From positions 1 to 25,382 of the IMG/VR virus record IMGVR_UViG_3300009788_000282: DNA of 25,382 bases; one strand, written 5' to 3'. Position numbers and translations under genes: made by a program. A model generated the notes under the pieces. That model made no database searches. It saw only the letters and a program-made list of their open reading frames with translations, and had not been told where the DNA came from. The DNA is from a virus (taxonomy: Duplodnaviria; Caudoviricetes). This document shows positions 23,775 to 25,382 of this stretch, piece by piece. Position 1 is the first letter of the stretch, and the number at the start of each line of letters is the position of its first letter.

Positions 23775-24379
23775 CAGTCACCCATTTCTTCGATAGCATT
23801 AGAGGCAACATCGATTATCTCGCCGCGTTCGCACAAGGCATCGAAATCGATCTTGAGAGTTACATTACCGTCCACCTTCTGGGTACCCATTAGATTATGG
23901 TGTTTCATCGCCAGAGTCAACAAAGTCGCCTTAGCAATGAACGTCACCACGAATCTTGACTTGCTTCCAGTGGGCTTCTTTACCGTCACAAGCTCTATGT
24001 TCTCAATCAACCGCCTGACGTCCAGAGGTAGCTCGCTGGGGTCTTTAATACACCATCCATCAAAATCCGGATCGGCCTCAAAGTATTGTGATGCGTCGAG
24101 GAAGAGTCCTGTATGCAGAAAGTTTAAGACATCATCAGCAGTATGTCGACATCGCTCTTCACGCAGCCTCATCTCCTTGCCGAGCATTGCGGCAACGGCT
24201 TTGTTCTTTAGAAGCTTGCATGCGGCAGATGTGGGCTGGCCATACCCGGCAGACTTAGCAGCAGCAACCTGATCGAACTCCGGATCGGCCATCAAGGCAT
24301 AGACGAAATCACGCTGCTTGGTCGTGAGTCGCTTCGGGTTCGCTCCGTATTTCTTGGGCTTGATTAGTGTCGTTGCCAT
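23774..24379 (-). CDS. terS: Terminase small subunit, 201 aa
   Basis: LTTKQRDFV...AAAKSAGY...ACKLLKNKAV HTH, TADDVL, ELPLDVRRLI; upstream of TerL. Confidence 0.88.
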   Translation of the reverse strand: MATTLIKPKKYGANPKRLTTKQRDFVYALMADPEFDQVAAAKSAGYGQPTSAACKLLKNKAVAAMLGKEMRLREERCRHTADDVLNFLHTGLFLDASQYFEADPDFDGWCIKDPSELPLDVRRLIENIELVTVKKPTGSKSRFVVTFIAKATLLTLAMKHHNLMGTQKVDGNVTLKIDFDALCERGEIIDVASNAIEEMGD

Positions 24380-24381
24380 CC

Positions 24382-24531
24382 CTAGTTGCCTGGTTCAACA
24401 CCGCTCAGAAAGCCATCAACATTATCTGGGCAGCAGTCCTCTTGGAAGTTAGAGCAAAACCCGAAACCTGGACGTCCGGGCGTTTCCATTAGAATCAACA
24501 GGCTACATTGGTCACATTCGGCGGGTTCCAT
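24382..24531 (-). CDS. Small Cys-rich protein (49 aa), not in the ORF track
   Basis: Hand translation MEPAECDQCSLLILMETPGRPGFGFCSNFQEDCCPDNVDGFLSGVEPGN*; GGAGG RBS; stop 2 nt before the TerS ATG. Confidence 0.55.
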   Translation of the reverse strand: MEPAECDQCSLLILMETPGRPGFGFCSNFQEDCCPDNVDGFLSGVEPGN

Positions 24532-24560
24532 TCCACTTCCTCCCTAACCCTTGGTTTACT

Positions 24561-25118
24561 TTATATCACAAAGTGCTTTGTCTTTCCTAGTAATTCTTTC
24601 GTTGTCCAGCACACTTCATTCGCGCTGAATGCACATGCAGAACCATCCACATAATCATCTGTCGGCTGGGCAAACTCCCTTGACGCGGGAATCATCCACG
24701 GGTCCCACACGTACAAGCACTCGCCGTACACGCCAACGGGACGAAAAAATCTCCTGTTTGATTCGCTGCCCAAAAAACTATCGTCTGTTATAAACTGAAC
24801 GTTTTTGTATGCGGGGTCCTTGGTAATTACAGGTTGCCCATCACCATGCATACATGAATGAAATTCCGTTCTTTCAGATCCATCTTGCAGGAGAAAACCA
24901 TCCATGAACATGCAATCACAAAACACAGACCGATGTTCAATCACTGTGTGCTCACTGAACGTCCAATCAGAATACAGATTGTAATATCCATATTCGTCAA
25001 TGTGCCGAACCCACGTAGGCAGCTTATCTTTTGCCGCTATTTCCTTCGCGAAGTTAGCCCCCGCGATTCCACCCGCAATACCGGCCGCTCCCAATTTAAT
25101 CGCATCACGTCGATTCAT
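24561..25118 (-). CDS. Hypothetical protein with a twin-arginine-like N-terminus (185 aa)
   Basis: MNRRDAIKLGAAGIAGGIAGANFA with AAGGA RBS; an alternative ATG exists at 25190. Confidence 0.7.
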   Translation of the reverse strand: MNRRDAIKLGAAGIAGGIAGANFAKEIAAKDKLPTWVRHIDEYGYYNLYSDWTFSEHTVIEHRSVFCDCMFMDGFLLQDGSERTEFHSCMHGDGQPVITKDPAYKNVQFITDDSFLGSESNRRFFRPVGVYGECLYVWDPWMIPASREFAQPTDDYVDGSACAFSANEVCWTTKELLGKTKHFVI

Positions 25119-25293
25119 AACTAGTTTCCTTGGCCCTGCTTCGTTTGATTTCGATCTTCTCAAGTATCCATTCGACTTCTCTAGCACCATATGTCACCCC
25201 TCTATATAAACAACCAGCGAACGGGGCTAGGCATGCGATTGATAATCGAATGTGTTCATTCCTTGGCCCCGGTTCGCTGGTTGACTTCTTCAT
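25105..25293 (-). CDS. Hypothetical protein (62 aa)
   Basis: ATGA-coupled to the upstream partial ORF; its end overlaps the next start. Confidence 0.45.
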   Translation of the reverse strand: MKKSTSEPGPRNEHIRLSIACLAPFAGCLYRGVTYGAREVEWILEKIEIKRSRAKETSYEST

Positions 25294-25382
25294 TCTGGGC
25301 ATTCGATGTGCGTCACTTCCCATTCGCCGTCCTCAGCATAAATCTCCGCAACCCGCTTTGCGAACTCGCGAGGGAAACCGTC
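25290..25382 (-). CDS. C-terminal end of a hypothetical protein (partial)
   Basis: Open frame ...DGFPREFAKRVAEIYAEDGEWEVTHIECPE* entering from the window edge. Confidence 0.5.
   Translation of the reverse strand, partial: DGFPREFAKRVAEIYAEDGEWEVTHIECPE

Noticed and set aside
23569-23811. 80-aa minus-strand ORF overlapping the terS end
   Set aside because: The 64-aa CxxC frame has TGATG coupling and a coherent motif, so it is the better gene.
110-25209. Numerous plus-strand ORFs of 60-230 aa
   Set aside because: All lie antisense to well-supported, tightly coupled minus-strand genes and show no recognisable motifs; treated as shadow ORFs.
25126-25269. 11-bp direct repeat TTCCTTGGCCC at 25126 and 25259
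   Set aside because: Only two short copies within probable coding sequence; could be chance.
1-25382. CRISPR array, tRNA, diversity-generating retroelement, integrase or att site
   Set aside because: By eye I found no spaced direct repeats, cloverleaf, reverse transcriptase or recombinase motifs; intergenic gaps are very short.
1-25382. Host assignment (gene style is reminiscent of Planctomycetota or sediment phages)
   Set aside because: Impression only; no host gene is in the window, and it needs homology or CRISPR-spacer searches.

Overview
The window is one contiguous, minus-strand, tightly packed virion morphogenesis region of a tailed dsDNA phage or prophage with a siphovirus-like layout; no sheath, integrase, endolysin or host gene is recognisable. 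Read right to left, it runs: small accessory ORFs (one with a Tat-like signal), terminase small subunit, Cys-rich micro-ORFs, terminase large subunit, portal, a TerS-HTH/HigA-like fusion, a MuF head protein with a C-terminal ADP-ribosyltransferase domain, a winged-helix protein, protease/scaffold, decoration protein, major capsid, adaptor and a frameshifted head-closure gene. Next comes a ~7 kb accessory block (membrane and secreted proteins, two beta-helix proteins, HNH endonuclease, BppU-like protein), then neck, tail terminator, tail tube, a chaperone pair with a -1 slippery site, tape measure and two tail proteins. The most unusual part is 17315-19874. There an ART-armed MuF is flanked upstream by a chimera of a near-copy of the phage's own TerS N-terminal HTH and a HigA-like domain, and downstream by a wHTH gene plus a palindrome-embedded candidate leaderless promoter. 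All family calls come from motif recognition and gene order; no database searches were run.
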